IMG/VR virus record: IMGVR_UViG_3300024420_000237
Span: 62,001 to 116,375 of that record
Source: an uncultured virus (IMG/VR IMGVR_UViG_3300024420_000237)
Taxonomy: Duplodnaviria > Heunggongvirae > Uroviricota > Caudoviricetes
Direction: 5' to 3' (one strand)
Length of the DNA stretch: 54,375 bases
Positions 1-11,100 of this stretch are shown one piece after another (the first letter of the stretch is position 1; the number at the start of each line of letters is the position of its first letter). The notes below the pieces were generated by a model, which did no database searches, was not told the DNA's origin, and worked only from the letters and a program-made list of their open reading frames with translations. The translations under genes and the position numbers were made by a program.

Positions 1-143
1 TGATGACAACTTGCAGTCTGCCCATGTCCTAACCAGATAGTAGCGTTATACCATTTAGAAGCACAGTAGCTTTCGCTCTTGCTATCAATCATACGCTCTT
101 TGTATTGATGAAGGGTTTCTCCCTCCCAATGTTTACGACCCAT
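1..143 (-). CDS. Radical SAM protein with N-terminal twitch/SPASM-like domain (5' part only, runs off window)
   Basis: Not in ORF track. ATG at 143-141 overlaps the end of the upstream gene and reads MGRKHWEGETLHQYKERMIDSKSESYCASKWYNATIWLGHGQTASCHH. The CxxKW...GxTxSCxH pattern matches the N-terminus of the 133..1701 protein. Confidence 0.7.
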   Translation of the reverse strand, partial: MGRKHWEGETLHQYKERMIDSKSESYCASKWYNATIWLGHGQTASCH

Positions 144-1701
144 ATTTTTCCTCGGCTTCTTCTTTTGCTTCATTCCAAAACGCTGTCATTTCTGGAAAGG
201 TTTCTAAAAAGTTTAATCCTCTACGTCTGTCATACTCTGTAAAGTATTCATAAAAACGAATTAAGTTATTACTTAATTCATCATCACTCATATTTAGTCC
301 TTCTTTGGCCCATGCTAAATCTCGTTCAAGTTTTAATACTTCATAGTTCTTAAAGCCTGTATACTTGCGACCATATAAATCATTCGGTAGTACATTTTCT
401 TTCATAAAGTCAATGTTAGATTGAATTACATCCAGCATTTCTTGGTCTGCTAATTGAATAGTCATCCAATCAGGATAACGCAGATAGGGAATGTCAAACC
501 ATACACGCTGGCGTTTTTTACGTACAAACTCTGGGTGCTTAAACCCATCATGGTCTGGTGGTTGAATAATTTTATCTTCTTGGTTCTCATATCCAAATTC
601 TTCACGTAAATCTAATATCATTTGCAAAAACCCACGTAAATTTGGGATGCTCAATAATTGAAATGTATTGATGAATGAAATTTCTGTTCCATCTGTTTCA
701 CTTAAGACTCTACGACAATTTTGATATAGTGTATCAAAGTCTAATCCGTCACGCATATATTCTGCTTGAGGTCCTACACCATCTACGCTCACATATAAAC
801 TAAAGTGTTTACATGCTGGTGCAACATACCAGTGATTGCCACTATCAGGATTAAAACGTTCTGGGTCTTCCCATACACGAATTTTTTCTAATGCTTGTAT
901 TTTTTCAATAAACTTATCCATCAACTTAGGACTTGGTGGACACATATTCGATGTAATACTTAGGTCAAGAAAAGGATTAGGGTTTTCATTAACATAGTCA
1001 AATACTTTGAATGTATTATTATCCATAAGAGGCTCTCCGCCTGTCATACGAAATACTTTCAAATCTCTGTATATCTGTGGAAACCATTCCCAAAATGCTT
1101 CAATATAAGGATTGTCCTTACGTGCTACTTCTAATGGCATGAGACCTGTTTTACGCAGGTAATCGATATCATTATGACCAGTTCCATTTGAAAAACGAAA
1201 GCCGCCATGTTCTTTGATATCATCTTCCCATGCTGTACTTAGATGAGGCGAACAATAACTACACTTGAAATTACAAGCCTGATTAAAGTTCACCTCAACA
1301 TATCTAGGAGTAATGTTGTGGTCAAAGTCATTGTTTACGACTTCGTCCCATGCATCTTTAACCCACCACTCACTTGAACGATAATGTCTGTCACTAAGTC
1401 TTCCGCCTTGTGGGGCGTCAGGAGCATCTTCTACATTCCAGCAATACTGACAACCTTCAGGACGGGTGCCGCATTTCATTTGCTTTCTTTCTTCTAATTT
1501 GAATGTAGTGTTGTGTAATGCATTAACATCTTTCTTAAGTTCTTCTAACGGAATAGGGTGTGTAGGTGGATGATAGCAACTGTGTGTGCGACCTTGGGGC
1601 AGATGCAAACTAACTTGCAACCACTTAGCCATACACATAGACGGTGAAAGAGAATTTAATTTTTCTTTCGTTATCTGTGCATCATCATCATAATTTGACA
1701 T
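133..1701 (-). CDS. Radical SAM enzyme with N-terminal twitch/SPASM-like Fe-S domain
   Basis: CxxxCxxC motif CNFKCSYC, GGEP motif (TGGEPL), SVDG strand, extra N-terminal cysteines (CMAKW..SCYH..CQYCW). Confidence 0.9.
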   Translation of the reverse strand: MSNYDDDAQITKEKLNSLSPSMCMAKWLQVSLHLPQGRTHSCYHPPTHPIPLEELKKDVNALHNTTFKLEERKQMKCGTRPEGCQYCWNVEDAPDAPQGGRLSDRHYRSSEWWVKDAWDEVVNNDFDHNITPRYVEVNFNQACNFKCSYCSPHLSTAWEDDIKEHGGFRFSNGTGHNDIDYLRKTGLMPLEVARKDNPYIEAFWEWFPQIYRDLKVFRMTGGEPLMDNNTFKVFDYVNENPNPFLDLSITSNMCPPSPKLMDKFIEKIQALEKIRVWEDPERFNPDSGNHWYVAPACKHFSLYVSVDGVGPQAEYMRDGLDFDTLYQNCRRVLSETDGTEISFINTFQLLSIPNLRGFLQMILDLREEFGYENQEDKIIQPPDHDGFKHPEFVRKKRQRVWFDIPYLRYPDWMTIQLADQEMLDVIQSNIDFMKENVLPNDLYGRKYTGFKNYEVLKLERDLAWAKEGLNMSDDELSNNLIRFYEYFTEYDRRRGLNFLETFPEMTAFWNEAKEEAEEKYGS

Positions 1702-1707
1702 TATATA

Positions 1708-2688
1708 TTATTTGTCCCAGCCAGTTTGTTTTTCTGTTGCTAATGGGTTGTTAACTCTTGGTGGATTCGTATATACACGTTTGAAGAATGTTGCTACCTC
1801 TGGTGTTGGATCACAAAGTTCCATACCAATTTTATCTACTAGAATATCACCTATTACTAAGCATTCATCAAATAATTTTTCATAGTCCCATTCTAATTTT
1901 GTCTTTTCGCATTTCATATCTCCGCCTTCAAACTTAGGGAATACAGTATTATCAAAGTACTCTTTAAACCAATCATAACTAGAAATATTTTCTAAAACAA
2001 AATCAGGGTTAAGATTTGTATCGTAACATCCTAGTCTTGCACCATAACATGCCCATAGTCCGTTCTCTACATTTGCACCAATATTCATCCATGTAATTAG
2101 ACGTTCATAGTTCTTAGGCCAGATACACTTCTTAAAGTCTTCTACTGGTACTTTCTTTCCCTCATCAAGTGACATTTTAGAACCTTCACGGTAACCTGCA
2201 CGAAAGGCTTGAAATGGAGACCCTGCATTATGTACTGTAGAATAAATGTTATTCATCTGAATATAATTTAAGTCCCAACAAAAATCTACTTTCTTTGTTT
2301 CATCTACTGCATTTTCATGGGTTTTCATATCTAATACAAGCTGTACTGGCCAGCATTTGATACCACCATTGCCGTATACTAGACCGTTAACAACGTTCTT
2401 CGCTGACCATGAGATAACAGAGTTTGCCAAATCAGTATCTTCTGGAAATGTTAATTCCATATCAAAGAATTTTTCATCTACGATATTATCACCATCAATA
2501 GTAATAAATCTTTCTGTATCACTTTGTCTTGCACATTCTTTATGTGCATTGTCGAATCCTTTTACGCCGTCTACTCGCTTTGCAAATGGAAATTTACTTA
2601 TAATATCTGCCCAATGTTCTTCTTTATTAGGCTCATCGTAACTTAGATAGAATACATCTAACTCGCCGATTTCTAGTTTGCTCATCAT
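1708..2688 (-). CDS. Glycosyltransferase-like protein (GT-A fold)
   Basis: N-terminal DVFYLSYDEP strand, then AHKECAR and a DxD motif (FITIDGDN); lies in an operon with other GT-like genes. Confidence 0.6.
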   Translation of the reverse strand: MMSKLEIGELDVFYLSYDEPNKEEHWADIISKFPFAKRVDGVKGFDNAHKECARQSDTERFITIDGDNIVDEKFFDMELTFPEDTDLANSVISWSAKNVVNGLVYGNGGIKCWPVQLVLDMKTHENAVDETKKVDFCWDLNYIQMNNIYSTVHNAGSPFQAFRAGYREGSKMSLDEGKKVPVEDFKKCIWPKNYERLITWMNIGANVENGLWACYGARLGCYDTNLNPDFVLENISSYDWFKEYFDNTVFPKFEGGDMKCEKTKLEWDYEKLFDECLVIGDILVDKIGMELCDPTPEVATFFKRVYTNPPRVNNPLATEKQTGWDK

Positions 2689-3272
2689 GTTCTCCTGAAT
2701 GAATATGTTTCCAGATATTTCTGGGTATATAAACTTATATTGTATTTATTATATTCGAATTTAACTCTAGTCTCAGAACTCAATAGTTTTGCGAACGGAA
2801 TAGAGATAGTTTGTATAATAAAATCTGGTCTATTTTCATATGTTATGAAAAATGGGTGATGAGTTTTTCCTGCCAACGTGACATTTTGATGTTCATCAAC
2901 GTTTGCATTCTTCACTAATTCTTTGCTAGGAGTAAAACATAATTCGGTTCCGTCCCATGTTACAGATATTTCACAATACTTCTCATTATTCAATTTGTGT
3001 AGTTGAGAATCTTTATTGCGTTGTTTAATATCTACTTTGGATTTTATAATCTCATAAACAAATATATCATCTGTTTTGACTACTTTGTAATCAGAGAACT
3101 TATAATTTCCCATAAGAAATGGTTTTATAGATTCCATAGAGAACCAAGCACATTTTAGTACATCATCTTCTATACTCATAGATGTTATACTAACAATGTC
3201 ACCATGCTCATTGAAGTTAACCGCTCTTGCATCTTTAGTCTCATGTGTGAACCCGGTGCTTAATATTTTCAT
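2685..3272 (-). CDS. Hypothetical protein
   Basis: 195-aa ORF with 4-bp overlaps to both neighbours. Confidence 0.7.
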   Translation of the reverse strand: MKILSTGFTHETKDARAVNFNEHGDIVSITSMSIEDDVLKCAWFSMESIKPFLMGNYKFSDYKVVKTDDIFVYEIIKSKVDIKQRNKDSQLHKLNNEKYCEISVTWDGTELCFTPSKELVKNANVDEHQNVTLAGKTHHPFFITYENRPDFIIQTISIPFAKLLSSETRVKFEYNKYNISLYTQKYLETYSFRRT

Positions 3273-4126
3273 ATATCTAGTGCCTTTTCATACATATTAA
3301 TTTTTTCTTCTGTAAGCCATTTCTTTTCAACATAGTGAAAAGGAAGTGACTGTTCATAATTTGCTACACGAATTTTTAAATCACTTGATAAACTGCTTGG
3401 GATACTTTCTGTCCAAACACCTGATATCTTGTTATTAGGAATGTTTTGAATATAGCTTTTCATGTGCGTAAACGTAGGCACATCTTTGATATCATTGTCT
3501 ATTACTTCTTCTTCTAAATCTAATAAACGAATAGCAAGAGCATAGGCTAAGTCTGCACTCATCCAATCTTGTCCAGTACCTTTAAGAAATTTATCATAGT
3601 ATACGTTCCAATGAACCATAATCAATTCAATCATTTTAAACAATTCAAAAGTTGTATCTGATTCTTTAAAATAAGTCATGTTGCTATACACATTAGGTAA
3701 ACCTAATTGTGTAAATTTTTTACGATAGTAGTCATCAACTACTTGTTCGTTTCTAAATGTTTTGACATGTGTACATGCCCATACATCTTTTTTAGATAGA
3801 TGATCCCACCAATGGTCTACTGGGTGTGTAAACAACACATCAGTATCTAAAATAATAGTTTCTTTGAACGGTGTCATGTGTGGATACTTCCATTTATTAT
3901 GGATCTTCCATTCATCTGCGCCAGCATCATCGTTCCAAGGGATATCTACTATATGGTCAAACACTTCTTTGTGTTTACCAGTTATTTGTGTTTTTGTTGA
4001 AGCATCTACGCATACACAGATTGCATTCTCTTGTTGTGTAGCTTTAAGCGACAACGCTAAAGCATAAGCCTGATTAAGATAATCATACTTACTATTCTGT
4101 GCTATACAAATATATCCTCTACTCAT
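3269..4126 (-). CDS. Glycosyltransferase (GT8-like, GT-A fold)
   Basis: YLNQAYALALSLK helix, TPFKETIILDTD (DxD) and late D/H motifs; paralogous to the next gene. Confidence 0.7.
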   Translation of the reverse strand: MSRGYICIAQNSKYDYLNQAYALALSLKATQQENAICVCVDASTKTQITGKHKEVFDHIVDIPWNDDAGADEWKIHNKWKYPHMTPFKETIILDTDVLFTHPVDHWWDHLSKKDVWACTHVKTFRNEQVVDDYYRKKFTQLGLPNVYSNMTYFKESDTTFELFKMIELIMVHWNVYYDKFLKGTGQDWMSADLAYALAIRLLDLEEEVIDNDIKDVPTFTHMKSYIQNIPNNKISGVWTESIPSSLSSDLKIRVANYEQSLPFHYVEKKWLTEEKINMYEKALDI

Positions 4127-4992
4127 AGCGTATCTCCTTGCGCCAATAACACATCTATGTTGCGTTGTATCGCAGACTTGTTCATAATATGTATATCTGT
4201 GTTAGTAAATCTAGCTAATATATGCTCAGTTGTTTTTTCGGGTTTGGCGCAATACATTATAATATCATTTGCACTGTTTACTCTAAAAATATCATCTAAA
4301 TCAAAACTGTTGTTTAGATAATCAATAGGCAATGAAGGTGTTTGGCATGCTACTTGTCCATTTAAAATATGAACAGCCATTGAGAACGCAAAATCATTTC
4401 TAAACAGTGTACCAGAACAATTATACAAATAGTAATAGTACTTATAGTTTTCTTTTATATGACTAACTAAAGTGAATAAGTTTTCAGTGTATTCGGATTT
4501 TCTAAAGTAAAAGACTGTTGCCCAATACATCGGTATGGAGAAATCGTCAATATAGGAAACGTTGCCGCCATGTCTACCAGCTACGTCCCTATATTGACAA
4601 TTAATCATGAAGTCGTTTTCACTACCCCATACTTGGTCAAGAGTGTCACTCATTACAAAGTAATCACAATCTATTACCAAACTTTCTTCGTAAGGTGATA
4701 GGTCATATACATCACTACGTGACATATTGACGAAAGGTGCATACTGCGATTGTTGTGCAGTATCTTTGAATAACCTTATATTACTATCTTGTGTTGATGC
4801 GGAAATAATAGTTCTATCAAAATATTTGTTTACTAGTTCTTCGTTGTCTAACAATGATTCATTGTTTGTAACTAGGGCTATTTCGTCAAACCCCGATAGA
4901 TTTTTTCTTACATATCCTGCACATGTACATGCAATTTTTATGTAATCTAGTAAACCATTATTTGTCGCAAAGATTATAATGCCTTTGCTCAT
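4123..4992 (-). CDS. Glycosyltransferase (GT8-like, GT-A fold)
   Basis: SPYEESLVIDCD (DxD), WATVFYF, FRNDFAFS, HIMNK; paralogue of 3269..4126. Confidence 0.7.
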   Translation of the reverse strand: MSKGIIIFATNNGLLDYIKIACTCAGYVRKNLSGFDEIALVTNNESLLDNEELVNKYFDRTIISASTQDSNIRLFKDTAQQSQYAPFVNMSRSDVYDLSPYEESLVIDCDYFVMSDTLDQVWGSENDFMINCQYRDVAGRHGGNVSYIDDFSIPMYWATVFYFRKSEYTENLFTLVSHIKENYKYYYYLYNCSGTLFRNDFAFSMAVHILNGQVACQTPSLPIDYLNNSFDLDDIFRVNSANDIIMYCAKPEKTTEHILARFTNTDIHIMNKSAIQRNIDVLLAQGDTL

Positions 4993-5375
4993 TAGATTTC
5001 CAAGACCTTCTCAATCTTACGTGAACTACGTAGTTTCTGATAATCATTATAATATTCATTAATGACTTCGAAATACAAACTAGAAATATCTTCTAAAAAT
5101 TTCTTAGTATCTTCAATTTTAATTGGAATGTCGTTTTTGTCTAAGAGAATTACTTCATCTTTTCCAGACACAACAATCATATTAATAAAATTAATCAATT
5201 CTTGTGATACTTTAAATGTACCACCAGAACTACTATAGTTCAATAAATTCTGTGTTTTAACTTTTAAGTTGTTTTTATTAAGGTTGAAAGTCTGCATAGT
5301 GTTCGAAAACTCTAATGCTCTTTCTAGCCGTTCAAGTTGTTCACTTGAAGGCGTAATAGTTTCTTTATTTGACAT
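4992..5375 (-). CDS. Hypothetical phage protein (first gene of the GT/radical-SAM operon)
   Basis: ORF track gives 4992..5408; start reassigned to ATG 5375 because AAGGAG precedes it and the longer start overlaps the promoter. Confidence 0.7.
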   Translation of the reverse strand: MSNKETITPSSEQLERLERALEFSNTMQTFNLNKNNLKVKTQNLLNYSSSGGTFKVSQELINFINMIVVSGKDEVILLDKNDIPIKIEDTKKFLEDISSLYFEVINEYYNDYQKLRSSRKIEKVLEI

Positions 5376-5399
5376 GGTTATACTCCTTGTATTCTTTAT

Positions 5400-5428
5400 A
5401 TAATACAAGAAAACAGACTGTTTGTCAA
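5400..5428 (-). promoter_or_regulatory. Sigma70-type promoter for the GT/radical-SAM operon
   Basis: Minus strand TTGACA (5428-5423), 17 bp, TATTAT (5405-5400). Confidence 0.7.
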
Positions 5429-5431
5429 GCC

Positions 5432-6382
5432 TTAAAGTTCAGAAATGTGTGAAAAAGTCGGAGAGGATAGTTGTACGCCAAGTCCAGATGCATCTTGGTC
5501 ATCTGCACGTAGCAAATCTACTTGTACTGATAATGTACCGGCGACATAATCAGTCAAATTATATTGACTTGTTGCATATGCATCATAGAATTCTACTTTA
5601 ATATCTATTGCATTTGTGCCATTTAATCTAGCATGTACTTCGAATTTGTTATTTGTATAATAACCACTGCTACCATCGCCACCTGATTTTTCATATATTT
5701 TAGAATATGCTGATGTTAATGATGTAAATCCACCAGCTGGTGTTCCTACACCACCAGAAGATTCTGTAACGTTGTGTGATAGTTTGACATTTCCAATGTT
5801 TGTAAACATTGTGGCCCAGTCAGTACTTTGCTTATGGGAAACGTCATAATTTGCTAATGAAGTATCTAGTCTTAAATCTCCGCCTGCGTTGAAGAAATGT
5901 CTTCGGTCATCTGCGTTGGCAAAAATTGCAGATACTTCATAAAATATATTTGAATTCCAAGTGTGGATTGCACCAGCACCTGGAACATCATATGTCTTAG
6001 ATGATGAAATTTTATTAGACTCTGCGGTCATTTGTGCGATATCAAAATTTAGTTTATTAGCACGAACATTTGTAATGTCTGATAATAAATCTGGGATTAT
6101 TTCAATAATTTTGCCTGCAGTTGGGAAAGCAGGGTCACTAGTATCTTCTGGTGAAGCTATACTAGTTCCCTGATGCCTTCCTGCAAACTTAAGAGCAGTT
6201 AGGAGTAACTGCATGTGAGAAGCGTTAATTTTTGTACCACTAGCTACGTGAGGGATAACGAGTTGATTTTGACCATAACCCGAGTCGACCGCACCAATTC
6301 CAACAATTTCGTTTATATCATCTGCGAAACCGTTATAATCGGATGCTCGTATCTTTCCTCCTAAGTAGTAACTTTGTGGCAT
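5432..6382 (-). CDS. Virion structural protein (baseplate/fibre-associated)
   Basis: G/S/T-rich, GYGQ and FFNAGG motifs, end of the baseplate operon, paralogous to 6418..7323. Confidence 0.55.
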   Translation of the reverse strand: MPQSYYLGGKIRASDYNGFADDINEIVGIGAVDSGYGQNQLVIPHVASGTKINASHMQLLLTALKFAGRHQGTSIASPEDTSDPAFPTAGKIIEIIPDLLSDITNVRANKLNFDIAQMTAESNKISSSKTYDVPGAGAIHTWNSNIFYEVSAIFANADDRRHFFNAGGDLRLDTSLANYDVSHKQSTDWATMFTNIGNVKLSHNVTESSGGVGTPAGGFTSLTSAYSKIYEKSGGDGSSGYYTNNKFEVHARLNGTNAIDIKVEFYDAYATSQYNLTDYVAGTLSVQVDLLRADDQDASGLGVQLSSPTFSHISEL

Positions 6383-6417
6383 GCTGTTAACCTATCTCTT
6401 TTCATCTTGGAAACCTA

Positions 6418-7323
6418 TTATAGGTTGTCCGTAATTGTAAATGTTGGATTTGTTAAATTAACAGAACCTGATGTATTACTTAATTTTAATGATGTTAATG
6501 CGACTGTTGAAGTCCCTACTGCCTGGTCAGCGCCTGACCAAGACCATGGGCCTGCATAACCTGACCCAGAACCAGAACGTGCCACGTGTGCATCTGCTAA
6601 AGTAGTTTTAACATAAATGTCGCCACCTGATTTGTAAGCCTCAATAGAAATATAGTTTGAACTATAGTCGCCATCGTTTGCGTATTCTTTCTTAATTTCT
6701 GCGTAAGAACCACTTAGGTCAGAATACTTTTTACGTGTAGACGTATCAACGTTAGTTGAATCTGTTGCACGTAATGAAATTCTATATGTTCCTAATTCTG
6801 CTGTTAGTTGTTCCCACGAAGTACCTTGTTGGTTTGAACTTGTATCGCTATGTGATGCTGAAATTCTAATTTCCCCACCTGCTGACATCCACGCATTCAT
6901 GTTTGCTTCACTACCGAAAGCTACTTTAACGATTTGTGTTCTTGTGCCGTTCCAGTTGCTTACTGATTGTGAAGTCTCTGATGTAACACTCATGTCCCAA
7001 CCAGTTGAATAATCCCATGGATTATCAAAACGTGTACTGATTGAACTAGTAAATGATGATGCGTCATTATAAAATTGTGCATCGTCAATTACATCACCAG
7101 CATCAACTGCCGTAAATGGGTTACTAATATTATAAAAATTTGCTACCTTTGCCGCCGCGGAATAGATTGAATCTTGATATGCATCATCGATTGTATCTCC
7201 CGCAGAAGGGTTAGCCGCAACTGTGTGACTTTGGTTATAGCCACCGCCGACTCCTGTTCCATTCAAAATTGAATTTAAGGTGTCTCTTAGTGTACTTAAG
7301 TCACTATTTGATATCACCGCCAT
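6418..7323 (-). CDS. Virion structural protein, paralogue of 5432..6382
   Basis: GGYNQ and WMSAGGEIRI align by eye with GYGQ and FFNAGGDLRL; both have similar C-termini (PTFTITDNL / PTFSHISEL); AGGAG RBS. Confidence 0.55.
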   Translation of the reverse strand: MAVISNSDLSTLRDTLNSILNGTGVGGGYNQSHTVAANPSAGDTIDDAYQDSIYSAAAKVANFYNISNPFTAVDAGDVIDDAQFYNDASSFTSSISTRFDNPWDYSTGWDMSVTSETSQSVSNWNGTRTQIVKVAFGSEANMNAWMSAGGEIRISASHSDTSSNQQGTSWEQLTAELGTYRISLRATDSTNVDTSTRKKYSDLSGSYAEIKKEYANDGDYSSNYISIEAYKSGGDIYVKTTLADAHVARSGSGSGYAGPWSWSGADQAVGTSTVALTSLKLSNTSGSVNLTNPTFTITDNL

Positions 7324-7389
7324 GTTTATACTCCTAAATTTGACTAGTCATTAAATTATACTTAACCTCGAGGTATTTCCGGATTCCTC

Positions 7390-8061
7390 TTAGCTAAGTT
7401 GAATAGTTACCGTATAATCTATAACGATAGTTCTATTCGCTGATAATAACACAGGATGAAATGTTACATGTGTTAGCATCAGGGTCTTTTCTTCTTGTAA
7501 CTCTCCGGCGTTAGTGACGCCAGACAATAAACCAATTTCATCAAAAGTAAATGCCGCGACACTATTAGCATCTGTCGAACTATCTGTTTCCGGTGTACTC
7601 ACAGTAGGATCAGTTAATTGCAACATACTCTCATAGTCATTGTGCGACAATGTTACTTTGAAATTAATCTTAGAAGTGTTTTCTGGAATAAGTGTTCCAT
7701 TAACACTCTCGCCAGGATAAAAAACTGTATTAGTTGTTTCCTGTTGATATGTTTTTGCATATAACTTTGAATTACTCGCTGTCATATCCAATGTATCATA
7801 AGTTGTGAATACTCTTGGAGAACGGTAAGATAGAGTAGTAGTTGAATTACTCCCACCATTACCAAATGCCATCCAATTGATATATGGTGCTGAACCAGTC
7901 GAATTGATACTTGTTGGCTTACCAGCAAGTCCAGACGCTAGAACATATGCCATATTTCCTGGATGAATAGCATTTTTCTTGTTTACAAGTACTTGGCCTG
8001 TCTCTTTGTCAGAGATTTTTAGTACACCAACTACTTGTGCTTCTATATTATCTTTAAACAT
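7390..8061 (-). CDS. Baseplate/tail-associated structural protein
   Basis: KKNAIH, MAFGNGG, FTFDEIGL and LTHVTFHPV motifs typical of fibre-attachment/baseplate proteins; late promoter upstream. Confidence 0.55.
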   Translation of the reverse strand: MFKDNIEAQVVGVLKISDKETGQVLVNKKNAIHPGNMAYVLASGLAGKPTSINSTGSAPYINWMAFGNGGSNSTTTLSYRSPRVFTTYDTLDMTASNSKLYAKTYQQETTNTVFYPGESVNGTLIPENTSKINFKVTLSHNDYESMLQLTDPTVSTPETDSSTDANSVAAFTFDEIGLLSGVTNAGELQEEKTLMLTHVTFHPVLLSANRTIVIDYTVTIQLS

Positions 8062-8086
8062 TTTTATCTCTCTTAGTAATCTTAAC

Positions 8087-8094
8087 TATTTATC
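8087..8094 (-). promoter_or_regulatory. Late promoter (GATAAATA)
   Basis: Variant of the T4 late -10 box TATAAATA in an intergenic gap upstream of a structural gene. Confidence 0.6.
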
Positions 8095-8114
8095 AAAATA
8101 CTCTCTATATGGTT

Positions 8115-11100
8115 TTATATCCATTCTGTCTTAAGTTTTCCGTGAAGAACCATTTCAAGTGGCGTATCTAACGCATATACTTTGCTAGTTGATCCCGGTG
8201 CTGTATGCAATCCTGTATAGAGTCCTCTTTCGTCAATAGTAAGGTTTTGACTTGCTTTCTTATTGTATGTCATAAATTCTATAACACCTGTTGTTTCGTT
8301 TTCAAAAGCAATTAGTTTCTTATTCTTCTTAGATGCAGTCTTAAATGATGCTGGTGTATCTACTACAACTGTTGTACCATCAAATGATGTTGCTGTAGAT
8401 TCTGCATCAACTCCAATTCTCCAACCACGTCCGAACATGTCATATACGAACATGTATGTTTTGTCGTGCGTTGTCTTCGTTGCATCTGTATATTGCTTAA
8501 CCATCACAGTAGATGAATCTAGTATTGTAGGAAGTACAAGACCAGTATCGAACCCGCCTGCTTCGGCAGTATATTCTTGTCTGGTTCTTAATAGTCTTCC
8601 TTGTTCCCATGTTCCGTCTGCGATATCGACATAATTATCTGCATCGATAATCTGCTCATCGCCGCCGTCAATAGTGTCTGATTCAATATAACGTGAATGG
8701 TTACCAAAGTCAAGTGAGATTTCCATTTTTTCTTCAATATCTACATCTGACTTTATAAGTTCGTCTTTTCCGTATATGCGTGTCTTTGTTCGTATCTTTG
8801 TATGATACGGTTTTGCCTCAGTTAGATATTCTAAAATATCTTCTTCGCTGTCACGTTGATATATAGCATACTGTCTTAAGTCTCTATGATACATTGTGAT
8901 ATCAATATAGCTTGATTTGAATATCCAATCTGGATGTGTTTTCTCAGTATACATATAATTAATCATACCAAATAATAGATTGTTAAGAAGATTTCTCTTA
9001 GGATATGTTATTAACAATCCCATTAGTTCGTGTATTTGAACACCTAATGCATTTTCGTAATATTTTGCAGATGCTTGGTCATTCTCTGGAAATACTAAAT
9101 CATTATAAGATAATCTAAGTGCGTTCTTTGAACTATGAACTAAACGCAAAGCACCGTCATGTTCAGCATAATACTCATCGTGTGTAGGCAATTCTAACTT
9201 GAATGATGTTACGCCTTCTTTGTATAATTTTAGCATGTCAAAGTTGCGTGTCTTTGATAGATATCCGTATCTCTTAATTTCTTTGTATTCGTCTGCTAAG
9301 TACCAGTCACCCAATGATAATGCAAGTTGGTCTGGTTCTATAAAATCTTTATAGAATGGGAAGCTACCTGTTAAGTGTTTGTTAGACAACTCTTTGTTAA
9401 GAATTGATGCAAAGTTTTCTCTAGCAATTTGTAGATTCGTAAACCAATTATTTTCTGTAGGTATCATTCTGTAAACTCTTACTACATCGTCTGGTAATAC
9501 TGTTACTGACTTAGCAATTAGCAACTTAGCCAAATTTGGATTTGTTGTAGAAATATCAAACCCAATATCTGATGCATCGATTATTTTAGAGTTAAGTGTA
9601 ACAACGGTATCATTGATGGTTGCATCGTCTCTGCCGCCGCCATATAAACCTGAAAGAATTGGGAATGTTATAATTGTGTGATTAGGATCACCCAACATAG
9701 ATTGCTCAACTTTCTTCTGGTCATACTGTTCAAAATGAACATTAGCGATACTATCAATCATTTGCCTTTGTAGTTCGCCATCAACTACACTCGTATCATA
9801 TTTTCCGCCTTCTTTGACGAATTTCCAATCTGTGTGTTTGGCTGATATATCTGATGTTACTCTATATTCGATAGAAACATCAATCGATTCGTTTTCAAAT
9901 ATGTATGCATTGTTGCTTATAAGTATTTTATTATTTGAAATTGGAATAAACTTATTATTAATATCACCGCTTTCAAGTAGCATTTTTATTTCTGCAATGC
10001 TTAATGTCTTACCAGCGACTGGACTGTTTCCCACTTCACTCCAATAGTAGTATTCAGTAATAGATTTATTCTTTGTTGTATCAAAGTACACTTTGGTTGT
10101 GAACTTTGTTATTCCTTCTGGTAATTGTTCGCTCTTAGACCATTGTTTAATATTAATCTCTGAACCTGCAACCAACTTGCCCCAATACTTTGATGCAAAT
10201 GATTCGACTATTAATTTGTTTGCGTCTCCATAATCATTATACCTATAGTAACGTGCGAGTGTAGTGTCCCACCAAATCTTTCCTAAGTTCTCATCAAGCC
10301 ATAGTTCATTGTCTGTTGTAGTATCATACCCAGCCGGATCTTCCCATGTAACGTAATCAATATCTCTTGTTGCTGAACCTGGGAATTTTAAGTTAAGTGG
10401 GTCATATAGTTGATAGTTAAAGAAGTTATTACCATCTTTTATTATCACACGCTTCATGTAATCTACTTCAAGTGTGTTTGCTTGTCTGTTTCTTATTAAA
10501 AGAGAACCAGTGCTATTTCTGTTTAAGACAGCCCAACCTTCACTTATATAATCATCTGCCCAAATCAAAGCCTCTGCATTTAATCCTAAGTCTGTATAGA
10601 ACTCGTCAAATGTTTCAAACAAATAATTAGGAGTAAATCTCATTGACTTCCAACGCATTGCTTTAAAGTTTGCGTTACTTGTAACACTTGTATAGTCTCT
10701 ATATAATCCTAACTTAGATAACATTGCGTCTGTGGTTCCGCTAAATGTTAAACTAACTGCACTTGTAGTGAATACCATTCTACCATCACTTGTAATATTT
10801 ACAATGATATCACTTGATTGTGAGTTTATATAATCTTTGAATTCTGATGCACTGCTACTTACTGTTGTAGAATTATTATAAGTTCCTACAAGTATACCCA
10901 AATCGTTTAATGGATTACCAGTTATATTAGAAAGAACTATACTTGACTGTGAACTAACAATCTGTAATTGTCTGCCCGATGCACTCTTAGATAATGTTAC
11001 ACCTGTTACACCCTGTAATGCTTGATTTTGAATATCTTCAATAATATTTGTTAGTGCGTCTACTGTTACAGTAGTTGTAGCAAATCCTAGTCTACCCATA

